In this document: positions 24,195 to 32,000 of the stretch, in pieces
How the letters are laid out: every line of letters begins with the position of its first letter
Position numbering within the stretch: position 1 is the first letter of the stretch
Origin: Telmatocola sphagniphila
GTDB lineage: Bacteria > Planctomycetota > Planctomycetia > Gemmatales > Gemmataceae
Assembly (NCBI RefSeq): GCF_018398935.1
Contig: NZ_CP074694.1
Coordinates: forward strand, 210,001-242,000
Direction of reading: 5' to 3'
DNA: 32,000 nt
Position numbers and translations under genes: made by a program
Notes under the pieces: model-generated
The model's database searches: none
What the model saw: the letters and a program-made list of their open reading frames with translations, nothing else
What the model was told of the DNA's origin: nothing

Positions 24195-24531
24195 CACATT
24201 TCCTGCGCGACCAATGCTCAAACGCCAAATCGCTACAGCCTTTTACTACGTGAGTTAGAAGATTCTGAGAACTATTTACTTTAGCAATCCTCGCCTTTTT
24301 TGGAGCAGATATCCTGCGGGGATCCCATTAAAGATTATATTGTTTACCGTAATTGTAATCAATAGGACTCTCCTCTTGGCAATTCAGGTAATTTGTGAGG
24401 AATGGGCTCGGTTCGTAAAGGTATTCTGAGCGCGGCCGACCGGGGATGTGTGATGGAAGTTTCTCCGGCTTACCGATTTTATCCCTGTGGGAGACAACCA
24501 AGATTGACAACTTTCATGGCAGGGGACGGAG

Positions 24532-25074
24532 ATGGCTGAAGCGTCCACAGTACCAACGAGTATCCAACTAGGCTATTTGACGATACTCAACGAAGGGGCC
24601 GGGCAACTGGGTGGCTTGCTGATAACCAATTGCTGGGGTCGGCCGATCGAATTTCGATTATCCACCGCTGTTCAGCCCAATCGACTCCAGCAGATCCTCT
24701 ATGGGCCCACCCTGCAGGAGTACATCTCGGCCGATCTGATCGGTAAAACGCTCATCGACAAATCATCGACCAGCATACATCTGCTGGTAGTAGACTCTCC
24801 CAGTCTGCTGACTATACGTACTCGGTTGGAATATCCGGTCGTTGCTATTCCCTTTGCGGACGAAGCCCTCGGGGATGAGTTTGCTGTTCTCAAACACGCC
24901 CGTTGTTCGAAATCTCTGATTCTATCTTCCAAACACTCGGCGGATAGCGAACGGCTGCTTGCGATTCTAGATCGCATCGACGTGGGCCTGGATCTGTGCG
25001 AACCGTTCAACCGCATTCGGGAAGCCATCAGCGAAGCTCGTCGGATGGGAGTTCAGAACCGTGTCGCTGCCTGA
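24532..25074 (+). CDS. Hypothetical protein, 180 aa, no recognisable domain; overlaps the start of the SNF2 gene
   Basis: This is the only sizeable ORF in the interval, and its amino-acid composition looks protein-like to me: LGYLTILNEGAGQLGGLLITNCWGRPIEFRLSTAVQPNRLQQILYGPTLQEYISADLIGKTL..HLLVVDSPSLLTIRTRLEYPVVAI..LDLCEPFNRIREAISEARRMG. It has no signal peptide, TM segment, Cys cluster or nucleotide-binding loop. Its stop at 25072..25074 lies 14 nt inside the next ORF. Confidence 0.6.
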   Translation: MAEASTVPTSIQLGYLTILNEGAGQLGGLLITNCWGRPIEFRLSTAVQPNRLQQILYGPTLQEYISADLIGKTLIDKSSTSIHLLVVDSPSLLTIRTRLEYPVVAIPFADEALGDEFAVLKHARCSKSLILSSKHSADSERLLAILDRIDVGLDLCEPFNRIREAISEARRMGVQNRVAA

Positions 25075-26827
25075 TTTAGATGCTCCAACCGAATTCGAGG
25101 ATTTCCTGGTTGATGTCGAGTTGCTCGCTGGTTCGACATCGGCGGGTTTCGACGACCCCTTGCTGACGGGAATTCGAGAAGCCAAGCTTCTCAACGATTC
25201 TCCCTGGACGCGCGCCCTCGGGTCATTGGATATGCGAGTTCACACCGAAGGATGGAAATTTCCCGCCCCCGTAATCGAAGTCGTCAGTCGACCTCCTGTT
25301 CAAGTTAAACCCCAAGAGGAAGAGCCTGCTCCAAGTCCGGAGCCGGAGTTGCCCGATCCCGCACCCAAGACGCCTAAGAAAAGCATTCGGGCTCGTCCCA
25401 CGGCCGACACCGTTCAGTTCAAAGATCGGCTGCTGTACCTGTTGCAGCCTCCACTGGATAACTTGTTCGACGGCCGAAATGTCGAGGTCCCCTTTCAGCC
25501 GTTCAAATATCAACTGGAAGGCATTGCTTTTCTTATGCCCCGTCACGCGGCTCTGTTGGCCGATGAGATGGGGCTGGGCAAGACGATGCAGACGATCCTG
25601 TCGATCCGGCTGCTGTTTCAAGCCGGCCTGATTCGTACCGCATTGCTCATCTGCCCTAAGCCACTGGTGTTCAACTGGATCCGGGAACTGAAACTGTGGG
25701 CTCCCGATCTTCCCTTTGAAGTGTTTGGCGGCGATATCGATAGCCGCCGCGCAACCTGGAAAGTTTCCAACTGTCCTTTGAAGCTGATCAACTACGAGAT
25801 ACTGACTCGCGATGCGGATATTCTGGAGGATGATCAGGTATTTTTCGATCTGGTCGTACTCGATGAAGCGCAACGGATCAAAAACCACACATCCAAAACG
25901 GCTCAGGTAGTCTGCAGCGTGAAGCGATCGCGCAGTTGGGCACTGACCGGTACGCCGATTGAAAATCGCCCCGATGACCTGATTCATATTTTCTCGTTCG
26001 TCGACAAAGGGAGGATTCCCCCGGAAACGCCTGCCAAAATGTTACCGGCGCTGACTTCCGAGTGCATTCTCCGGCGTACCAAGGAGGAAGCTCAGTCCGA
26101 CATGCCGCCGAAGATCATTCGCGACATGTGCATTGAACTCACGCCTCCGCAGAAGGAAGCGTACGAGCTCGCCGAGAAAGATGGCATCATCCACCTGAAC
26201 GAGCTGGGCGACACCATCACGGTGCAGCATGTTTTTCAATTAGTGATGCGTTTAAAGCAAATTTGCAACTTCGATCCCCGGACCGGCGCCAGCGCGAAAA
26301 TGGAACGGTTGATCGCCGACATGGCTGAAGTGGCCGAGAGTGGGCGTAAAGCGATTATTTTTTCACAGTGGGTGGAACCGCTGGAAGTCCTCGCCAAGGC
26401 TCTGGAAGAATTCGGACCATTACAGTTCCACGGGAAGATTCCGACGCAGGACAGGCCCAAGGTTTTAGACCAGTTCAAGGCCGACCCGACCAAACATGTG
26501 ATCCTGATGAGTTACGGTACTGGCAGTGTCGGCCTCAATCTGCAGTTCACCAATTACGTTTTCCTGTTCGATCGCTGGTGGAATCCGGCCATCGAAGATC
26601 AGGCGATCAACCGCGCCCATCGCATCGGTCAGAAATATCCCGTGACGGTGACCCGGTTCGTTTCGGATAATACCATCGAGAGACGCATCGCGGAAATTCT
26701 GGATTCCAAGCGCAAACTTTTTAACGATCTTCTCTCGCAGAATGGTCCCCCTCCCAGCATGGGCCTTTCTGAGGAGGAAATCTTTGGCCTGTTCGATATT
26801 CCCCGTCCGCGTAAATCCGCCGCGTAA
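25061..26827 (+). CDS. SNF2/Swi2-family ATPase (helicase-like translocase), minimal architecture
   Basis: Motif I is LADEMGLGKT, Ia is LLICPKPLVFNW, II is VVLDEAQRIKN and III is WALTGTPIENRPDDL. The helicase-C lobe has KAIIFSQW, LMSYGTGSVGLNLQ and DRWWNPAIEDQAINRAHRIGQ. The first ~140 aa are acidic and Pro-rich low complexity (QVKPQEEEPAPSPEPELPDPAPKTPKK). GTG start at 25061 has GGGAG 9-10 nt upstream. The first in-frame ATG is at 25232. Confidence 0.9.
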   Translation: MSLPDLDAPTEFEDFLVDVELLAGSTSAGFDDPLLTGIREAKLLNDSPWTRALGSLDMRVHTEGWKFPAPVIEVVSRPPVQVKPQEEEPAPSPEPELPDPAPKTPKKSIRARPTADTVQFKDRLLYLLQPPLDNLFDGRNVEVPFQPFKYQLEGIAFLMPRHAALLADEMGLGKTMQTILSIRLLFQAGLIRTALLICPKPLVFNWIRELKLWAPDLPFEVFGGDIDSRRATWKVSNCPLKLINYEILTRDADILEDDQVFFDLVVLDEAQRIKNHTSKTAQVVCSVKRSRSWALTGTPIENRPDDLIHIFSFVDKGRIPPETPAKMLPALTSECILRRTKEEAQSDMPPKIIRDMCIELTPPQKEAYELAEKDGIIHLNELGDTITVQHVFQLVMRLKQICNFDPRTGASAKMERLIADMAEVAESGRKAIIFSQWVEPLEVLAKALEEFGPLQFHGKIPTQDRPKVLDQFKADPTKHVILMSYGTGSVGLNLQFTNYVFLFDRWWNPAIEDQAINRAHRIGQKYPVTVTRFVSDNTIERRIAEILDSKRKLFNDLLSQNGPPPSMGLSEEEIFGLFDIPRPRKSAA

Positions 26828-26901
26828 ACTGGGTGCTTTTTCGACCAATCGCCCTATTCTGATCGCATCGAACTCTCCCCGTGTCCAACGAGATTTGAAC
26901 G

Positions 26902-27354
26902 ATGTTCCTGATTCGTTCCGCTACGCCTTCGGATATTCCCGTGATTCGCCAGTTGATACGGGAACTCGCCGAGTACGAACGGCTGCTTTCCGAAGCTCAG
27001 GCGACCGAGGAACAATTGGATCGGGCGCTTTTCGGCCAACGTCCCGCGGCTGAAGTTCTCATGGCCGAAGTCGGCCCAGAAATCGCCGGTTTTGCCCTTT
27101 TCTTCACCACCTTCTCCACTTTCGCCGGTAAACCGGGTCTTTACCTCGAAGACCTGTTCGTACGACCGCGTTTTCGACGCAATGGCATCGGCAAAGCCTT
27201 TTTTTCGGAATTAATAAAACTTGGTAAGGAAAGAGATTACGGCAGACTCGAGTGGAGCGTGCTAGACTGGAATGAGCCGGCGTTGAAATTTTACCGAACG
27301 CTCGGAGCGAAGCCGATGGATGAGTGGACGGTTCACCGCATTAACTTGTCTTAA
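26902..27354 (+). CDS. GNAT-family N-acetyltransferase (diamine/spermidine acetyltransferase-like)
   Basis: IRSATPSDIPVIRQLIRELAEYERL is present. The acetyl-CoA motif A is LEDLFVRPRFRRNGIGKAFF, followed by RLEWSVLDWNEPALKFYRTLGA. Confidence 0.85.
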   Translation: MFLIRSATPSDIPVIRQLIRELAEYERLLSEAQATEEQLDRALFGQRPAAEVLMAEVGPEIAGFALFFTTFSTFAGKPGLYLEDLFVRPRFRRNGIGKAFFSELIKLGKERDYGRLEWSVLDWNEPALKFYRTLGAKPMDEWTVHRINLS

Positions 27355-27401
27355 TTTGCTGCAGGCGAGATCTTTCGGCTCCCCCCTGGATAGTCAACAT
27401 C

Positions 27402-28343
27402 ATGAAAAACCGAGTTCTGGTCACAGGCGGCGCGGGCTTTATCGGATCGCATCTTGTCGATGCCCTGGTAGCAGCCGATTACAACGTTCGCGTCCTCGAC
27501 GACTTGAACACCGGTCTTGCGGATAATCTGAAGCAGCACGGCGACCGCATCGAGTTTCAACTCGGAAGCATCTGCGACAGCGTCAGCGTGGATCGCGCCG
27601 TTCAGGGCGTGGACACAGTTTATCATCTGGCGGCACTGGCCTCTGTAGCGCGAAGCGTGGAAAACCCGCTCTTGTCTTTCGATGTCTGTGCCACGGGCAC
27701 TCTCAAAGTCCTCGATTCGGCACGCCGGGCGAGTGTGAAAAGAGTCGTCTTCGCCGCCTCCAGCAGCGCTTATGGTGGTTCCTCCAATGAGGAAGGACAA
27801 CGGGAAGATCAGGAGCTTTCCGCACTCTCCCCTTACGCCGCAGGGAAACTGGCCAGCGAGTATCTCCTGGAGTCTTTTGCCAATACCTATGGCATTGAAA
27901 CCGTTCGGCTTCGTTTTTTCAATATCTTTGGCCCCCGTCAACGAGCCGATAGCCCTTACAGCGGTGTGATCGCTATTTTCGCGGGGCTCATGAGTCAGGG
28001 AAAAGTGCCCGTTGTGCACGGGGATGGTCTGCAATCCCGCGATTTCACCTATGTTGGGAACGCCGTGCAGGCTTTGGTGAAAGCCGGTACCGTACCTGGA
28101 GTTTCCGGCCGAGTGTACAACGTCGGAACGGGAGCCTGCATAACCATTATCGATTTGGTGAATGCTCTGAATAAGCTACTCGGTACGAATATCACCCCCA
28201 AGTTTGGCGAAACGCGTGTTGGAGATGTTCGATTCTCCCGAGCAGACATTACCCGAATTCGAGCGGAACTCAATTACATTCCCAACATCGATTTTGAAAC
28301 CGGTCTGCAGAAAACCTTGGAATGGTACCGGGAATCGAAGTGA
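27402..28343 (+). CDS. Extended-SDR NAD-dependent sugar-nucleotide epimerase/dehydratase
   Basis: VLVTGGAGFIGSHLVDAL is the GxxGxxG motif. The catalytic YAAGK (YxxxK) lies in SPYAAGKLASE. DFTYVGNAV and the overall length are typical of UDP-hexose 4-epimerase-like enzymes. Confidence 0.85.
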   Translation: MKNRVLVTGGAGFIGSHLVDALVAADYNVRVLDDLNTGLADNLKQHGDRIEFQLGSICDSVSVDRAVQGVDTVYHLAALASVARSVENPLLSFDVCATGTLKVLDSARRASVKRVVFAASSSAYGGSSNEEGQREDQELSALSPYAAGKLASEYLLESFANTYGIETVRLRFFNIFGPRQRADSPYSGVIAIFAGLMSQGKVPVVHGDGLQSRDFTYVGNAVQALVKAGTVPGVSGRVYNVGTGACITIIDLVNALNKLLGTNITPKFGETRVGDVRFSRADITRIRAELNYIPNIDFETGLQKTLEWYRESK

Positions 28344-29215
28344 ACCAGAATATCGTTTTCAGCTTCGACGTCGAAGAGCATTATCGAATTGAAGCGGCCG
28401 CGAACTGTTCAACCAAAGAGGAAACTCGACAACTCTATGCCGACCGGATGGTTCGCTCGACGCGTACTCTACTGGATCTTCTGGCCGAGCAGAATCGTAA
28501 AGCCACTTTTTTCGTCGTGGGACAAATTGCCGAATCGCATCCGAATCTCATACGCGAAATCGTATCCGGCGGGCACGAGTTAGCCAGCCACAGCTATGCC
28601 CATACTTCCATCCGCCGACTCGAGGCTAAGAGTTTTCGAGAGGATTTGCGTAAGAGTAAGCAGGCTCTGGAGCAGGTCGGCGGCTGTTCGGTGGTTGGAT
28701 TTAGAGCCCCGACTTTCAGTGTAATCCGTCCGACCAACTGGGCACTCGACGTGTTGGCGGAAGAAGGTTTTCTTTACGATTCCAGCATTTATCCCGTCCA
28801 TCACGATCGCTACGGCGTGCCCGAAGCCCCACGTGAACCCTTCCTCGCCAAAGGGCCCAAAGAAAAAATACTCGAACTTCCACCAGTGACCTGGCGGAAA
28901 TTCGGACAGAATTTGCCCGTCGCGGGAGGTGGCTATTTCCGGTTGTTTCCACTCGCTTTCATGCGGCGGGGGATTGCCCAGACCCTGGCTCAAACGCCTT
29001 CGCTGGCCATGCTCTACTTCCACCCCTGGGAATTCGATTCCCAGCAACCCAAGCTGGCTCTGGGCCGAATTTCCAGATGGCGGACATACGTCGGAATAAA
29101 GAAAAGTATCCCACGCCTTCGCAAATTATTGAACCGATATCCGGGCCGACGGGCGATCGACGTGGTTAATGATTTGTTGCAAAGCAGCGCATCCCTTAAG
29201 CAATTTCAGATCTAG
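28322..29215 (+). CDS. Polysaccharide deacetylase (NodB-type) with DUF3473-like C-terminus, PEP-CTERM-locus subfamily look-alike
   Basis: IVFSFDVEEHYRIE, ATFFVVGQIAESHPNLIREIVSGGHELASHSYAH and GFRAPTFS are the NodB motifs. The C-terminal GGGYFRLFP..YFHPWEFD matches DUF3473 as I recall it. Start is ATG 28322 (22-nt overlap with the epimerase gene) or GTG 28340 (GTGA overlap with its stop). Confidence 0.75.
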   Translation: MVPGIEVNQNIVFSFDVEEHYRIEAAANCSTKEETRQLYADRMVRSTRTLLDLLAEQNRKATFFVVGQIAESHPNLIREIVSGGHELASHSYAHTSIRRLEAKSFREDLRKSKQALEQVGGCSVVGFRAPTFSVIRPTNWALDVLAEEGFLYDSSIYPVHHDRYGVPEAPREPFLAKGPKEKILELPPVTWRKFGQNLPVAGGGYFRLFPLAFMRRGIAQTLAQTPSLAMLYFHPWEFDSQQPKLALGRISRWRTYVGIKKSIPRLRKLLNRYPGRRAIDVVNDLLQSSASLKQFQI

Positions 29216-30187
29216 TTACTTCTCGGCTACGACCGAGTTTCGCAATAACCCAATGCCTTCGATAGAAGCTTCCACTTCATCACCGGGCTTAAGATAGATT
29301 CCCGAAACGCTGCCGACCCCTTTCGGTGTTCCGGTGGAAATAATATCGCCGGGCTCGAGAGTAACGAAGGTGGAAATAAACGCCACGATGGCGGCCACCG
29401 AAAAGATCATCTGTCCCGTGCTACCTTCCTGCTTCACTTCGCCATTAACGGTCAGTCGCAGTTTCAGTTTTTGCGGATCGATCTGGTCTCCGGCCACCAG
29501 CAGTGCCGGCCCGCACGGGCAGAAGGAATCGAACCATTTGCCATGTTGCCAATCGAAAAAGACATCGCGCTCCCGACGTTTGCGAGTCGGATTGGGTTTG
29601 AACTGTCGCTGGGAAATATCGTTGACGATGGTGTAGCCGGCGATTGCCGCGGGAGCGTCCTGTTCGCTGATATTTCGCACCTTGCGACCCATGACCACGG
29701 CGAGTTCGCATTCCCAGTCGACTCCCCAGGGAGCATTTTTCGGTATCACGATCGGTGCCTGGGAGGGGATGAGTGTCGTACTCGGTGGCTTCATAAAAAC
29801 ATAGGGGAAAGTTTCTTCCCGCTCGGCCACCGTTCCGCCTCGTTCGATAATGTGCTCGGCATAATTCCCGGCCAGTAGAAGCAGTTTGTTGGGCCGTTCG
29901 ATGGGAAGCAGAATTTCGTAATCGGTTCGCTTGAGCTTCTGAGCTCGATCCGGATGCTTAACCAGCCAGCCGTAAACTTTTTCCGTCGCCTCCATGAGGC
30001 TCATGGGATAAAAGGGGTCGGCAGCAAGGTATTGCAGAAGCAGATTTTGCTTCTCCGGACGGAGAACGTGATGCTGCGATTCTCCGCTGGCACGAAAGGC
30101 TTCTTCGCAGGAGATGACGCCATCTTCCTGATAGAAGCCGATCTGTTCTTCCATCGAATCTTCGAATCGAAATCGGCATAATCGCAT
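29216..30187 (-). CDS. Fumarylacetoacetate hydrolase (FAH) family protein
   Basis: GAGGAG lies 7 nt upstream of ATG 30187. Family motifs are LLLAGNYAEH, FMKPPSTTLIP, WECELAVVMGR, IAGYTIVNDISQR, QHGKWFDSFCPCGP and PGDIISTGTPKGVG. Confidence 0.85.
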   Translation of the reverse strand: MRLCRFRFEDSMEEQIGFYQEDGVISCEEAFRASGESQHHVLRPEKQNLLLQYLAADPFYPMSLMEATEKVYGWLVKHPDRAQKLKRTDYEILLPIERPNKLLLLAGNYAEHIIERGGTVAEREETFPYVFMKPPSTTLIPSQAPIVIPKNAPWGVDWECELAVVMGRKVRNISEQDAPAAIAGYTIVNDISQRQFKPNPTRKRRERDVFFDWQHGKWFDSFCPCGPALLVAGDQIDPQKLKLRLTVNGEVKQEGSTGQMIFSVAAIVAFISTFVTLEPGDIISTGTPKGVGSVSGIYLKPGDEVEASIEGIGLLRNSVVAEK

Positions 30188-30265
30188 AAGGATGCTCCTC
30201 GAATGCGATTATATACGAAACCCAGCTATCGAGGGGATTTGAGTGGAGAGAAACGGGGCGATGAA

Positions 30266-32000
30266 TTAAGAAGCCGCGGGAGTGGCCATATCGCCGTTGG
30301 CATACATAGTCTTGGGGTTTTCATGGTAAATCGGCAGGCTCAGTTCATAGAGCTGGATACGACCGTCCGATGTGCCGGCTGCCAGTCGCCGTCCACTTTC
30401 GGAGACGGTCATCACGCAGGAGAGAATCTGCCCCGTTTTGCACTCGGCAGTCTTTTCAAAGGTCCTCAAATTCCACAAAAACACTTCGCCGGCTTCTCCG
30501 ACCGAAAGCAAGTGTTGGTTTCCGGGGAGGAATTGAACCAGTCGAATGTTGTTCGAATGACCGTTCAGGATTGTAGCCGTGTTCAGGCTGGGGGTCAGGG
30601 CATCCCATAAGATGACCGCTCGATCGAGACCCGCGGAAGCCAGCAGTTTCGAGTTCGGAGAGAAGGCCACGGCGGTCACAATGTCGGAGTGGCCTTCGAG
30701 CTTCGCTTTGCTACTGGAACCCAGCCAGCCGTTGCTCCAAATTCGGATATTTCGACCTTCGCTCCCGGAAGCAATCAGGCGACGATCGGGCGATACCGAC
30801 AGCGATCGGATTTGATTATTATGGCCTTTGAGCGTGGAACGCCCGCTATAGGTCCGATTGCTGATTTTCTGAGCGTAGATTACGTGGCCGATGGAGAATA
30901 CCAGCATTCGCCCGTCGGGCGAGAAATTGATGCAGTTCACACCATGCTTGTCGTCGAATGTTCCCCAGTCGTAGACTTTTTCTTCCTGATAATCCCAACG
31001 CCAGAGCCGGGCCTGATTATTGAGTGTCCCGCCCACGACGATATAAGGCTCGTCGGGAGCGAGTGCCACCGCCTGGATTTCCACACCGGGACGGGGCAGC
31101 ATGGCCAGTTCGACAGGTGTGGGCTTGGAAATATCCCAAACTCGAACGGTTCCATCCAAGCCGCCGCTGACGCAAAGACGGCCGTTTCGAGCCATAGAAA
31201 GTGAGGTCACTAAGCCCGTATGAGCCGAAATCATCGAAAGAGTACTAGAGTGCAGGCTCTTCATTTCGGACTGAGTGGCCATCTCGGTTGTATTTTCGTG
31301 GCCTTCAGTCTCCATGTAGATGTCTGCGGCGGGAATCGGGGTCCCGGAATTCATTTCCGAATCGAGCGAATCCAGTAACTGCGAATCGCTCACCCCGCCA
31401 AGGGTGGCTACATCTTCCACTTTCGGCGGCGCATCTTCCTGCGGTGTAATCTTAACCGAAAGAGAGTTATCCTTGCCATTGAGGTACTGATCGAGTAAAT
31501 CCGAGAGTTGCTTGGGACTGCTGAATCGATCATCGGGCCGCTTCATGAGCAGCCGGCGTGTGATCGTCACCACGGGCATCGGAATATTCGGCCGCATCTC
31601 CTCGAGCGGAACTGGCGTGTCGGTCTGGTGGCGAAGAATCTTCTGAACATCCGTGCCTCCCGGAAAGGGCGGCCGTCCGGTCAGGATGTAATAGAAAGTG
31701 CAGCCGAGACTGTAGAGGTCAGAGCGGATATCGACGCTGCTCGCGTCGCGGGCCTGCTCCGGCGAAATAAAATCGGGGGTTCCCAGCAGCGCGCCTGCCC
31801 GGGTCAAGGGAGTGTGGCCGGTCTTATCTTCGATGGTCTCGTTCAGTCGAGCCAAACCCATATCCAAAATTTTAATCGTTCCCCAGTTATTGGAAGAACT
31901 GTCCGTTGTGGATCTGCGAAAGTTCAGATCGCGATCCCGCATCGTCACCAGAGTGGGACGGCGAAGATTTGCAGACGATCGCTTTGCGGACGCATTATTT
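30266..32000 (-). CDS. Ser/Thr protein kinase fused to a C-terminal WD40 beta-propeller; 5' end outside the window
   Basis: The kinase C-lobe is IKILDMGLARL, GTPDFISPEQ, DLYSLGCTFYYILTGRPPF. WD40 blades are HTGLVTSLSMARNGRLCVSGGLDGTVRVWD, GHNNQIRSLSVSPDRRLIASGSEGRNIRIWS, GHSDIVTAVAFSPNSKLLASAGLDRAVILWD and GHSNNIRLVQFLPGNQHLLSVGEAGEVFLWN. The reading frame stays open from 31948 to 32000 (..NNASAKRSSANLRRPTLVTMRD..). The N-lobe and HRD loop are missing from the window, so the track start at 31948 is an artefact of the window edge. Confidence 0.85.
   Translation of the reverse strand, partial: NNASAKRSSANLRRPTLVTMRDRDLNFRRSTTDSSSNNWGTIKILDMGLARLNETIEDKTGHTPLTRAGALLGTPDFISPEQARDASSVDIRSDLYSLGCTFYYILTGRPPFPGGTDVQKILRHQTDTPVPLEEMRPNIPMPVVTITRRLLMKRPDDRFSSPKQLSDLLDQYLNGKDNSLSVKITPQEDAPPKVEDVATLGGVSDSQLLDSLDSEMNSGTPIPAADIYMETEGHENTTEMATQSEMKSLHSSTLSMISAHTGLVTSLSMARNGRLCVSGGLDGTVRVWDISKPTPVELAMLPRPGVEIQAVALAPDEPYIVVGGTLNNQARLWRWDYQEEKVYDWGTFDDKHGVNCINFSPDGRMLVFSIGHVIYAQKISNRTYSGRSTLKGHNNQIRSLSVSPDRRLIASGSEGRNIRIWSNGWLGSSSKAKLEGHSDIVTAVAFSPNSKLLASAGLDRAVILWDALTPSLNTATILNGHSNNIRLVQFLPGNQHLLSVGEAGEVFLWNLRTFEKTAECKTGQILSCVMTVSESGRRLAAGTSDGRIQLYELSLPIYHENPKTMYANGDMATPAAS

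Noticed and set aside
24328-24510. A 60-aa minus-strand ORF in the cysI upstream region.
   Set aside because: It lies in AT-rich intergenic DNA, has no RBS or motifs, and sits at the minimum length. It is probably chance.
31946-31948. A GTG proposed by the ORF track as the start of the kinase-WD40 gene.
   Set aside because: The frame remains open to the window edge, and the protein would lack the entire kinase N-lobe and catalytic loop. The real start is most likely beyond position 32000.

Overview
This is a gene-dense, mostly collinear chromosomal segment. It is probably from a Planctomycetota genome. That is an inference from a TIGR03000-type 'Planctomycetes domain', three Hanks-type Ser/Thr kinases (one fused to WD40), a DUF1080 protein, a Tat-signal Gfo/Idh/MocA oxidoreductase and a DGPF/YciI + ECF42-like sigma pair. 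I call 26 protein-coding genes. Two run off the window edges and are wrong or missing in the ORF track: a ComF-family gene at 1..674(-) and a kinase-WD40 gene at 30266..32000(-). I also call one coding tandem repeat, four hairpin/terminator candidates and one ECF-type promoter candidate. I saw no rRNA, tRNA, CRISPR array, transposase, integrase, phage genes or toxin-antitoxin pair, so the window looks like ordinary core genome rather than an accessory island. Nothing here can be asserted as a new system from sequence alone. The best candidate is a translationally overlapping pair at 24532..26827: a 180-aa protein with no motif I can assign, followed by a minimal SNF2 ATPase that has no recognisable targeting domain. 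Next is a signal-peptide-bearing fusion at 8115..9206 (TIGR03000 domain, Lys/Glu/Pro 19-aa repeats, SAM-methyltransferase domain). After that come a DGPF + ECF42-like sigma module with a candidate autoregulatory promoter, and an orphan LarA-like gene that appears to keep the cofactor residues. All functional calls come from motifs read by eye in the translations. No database search was run.
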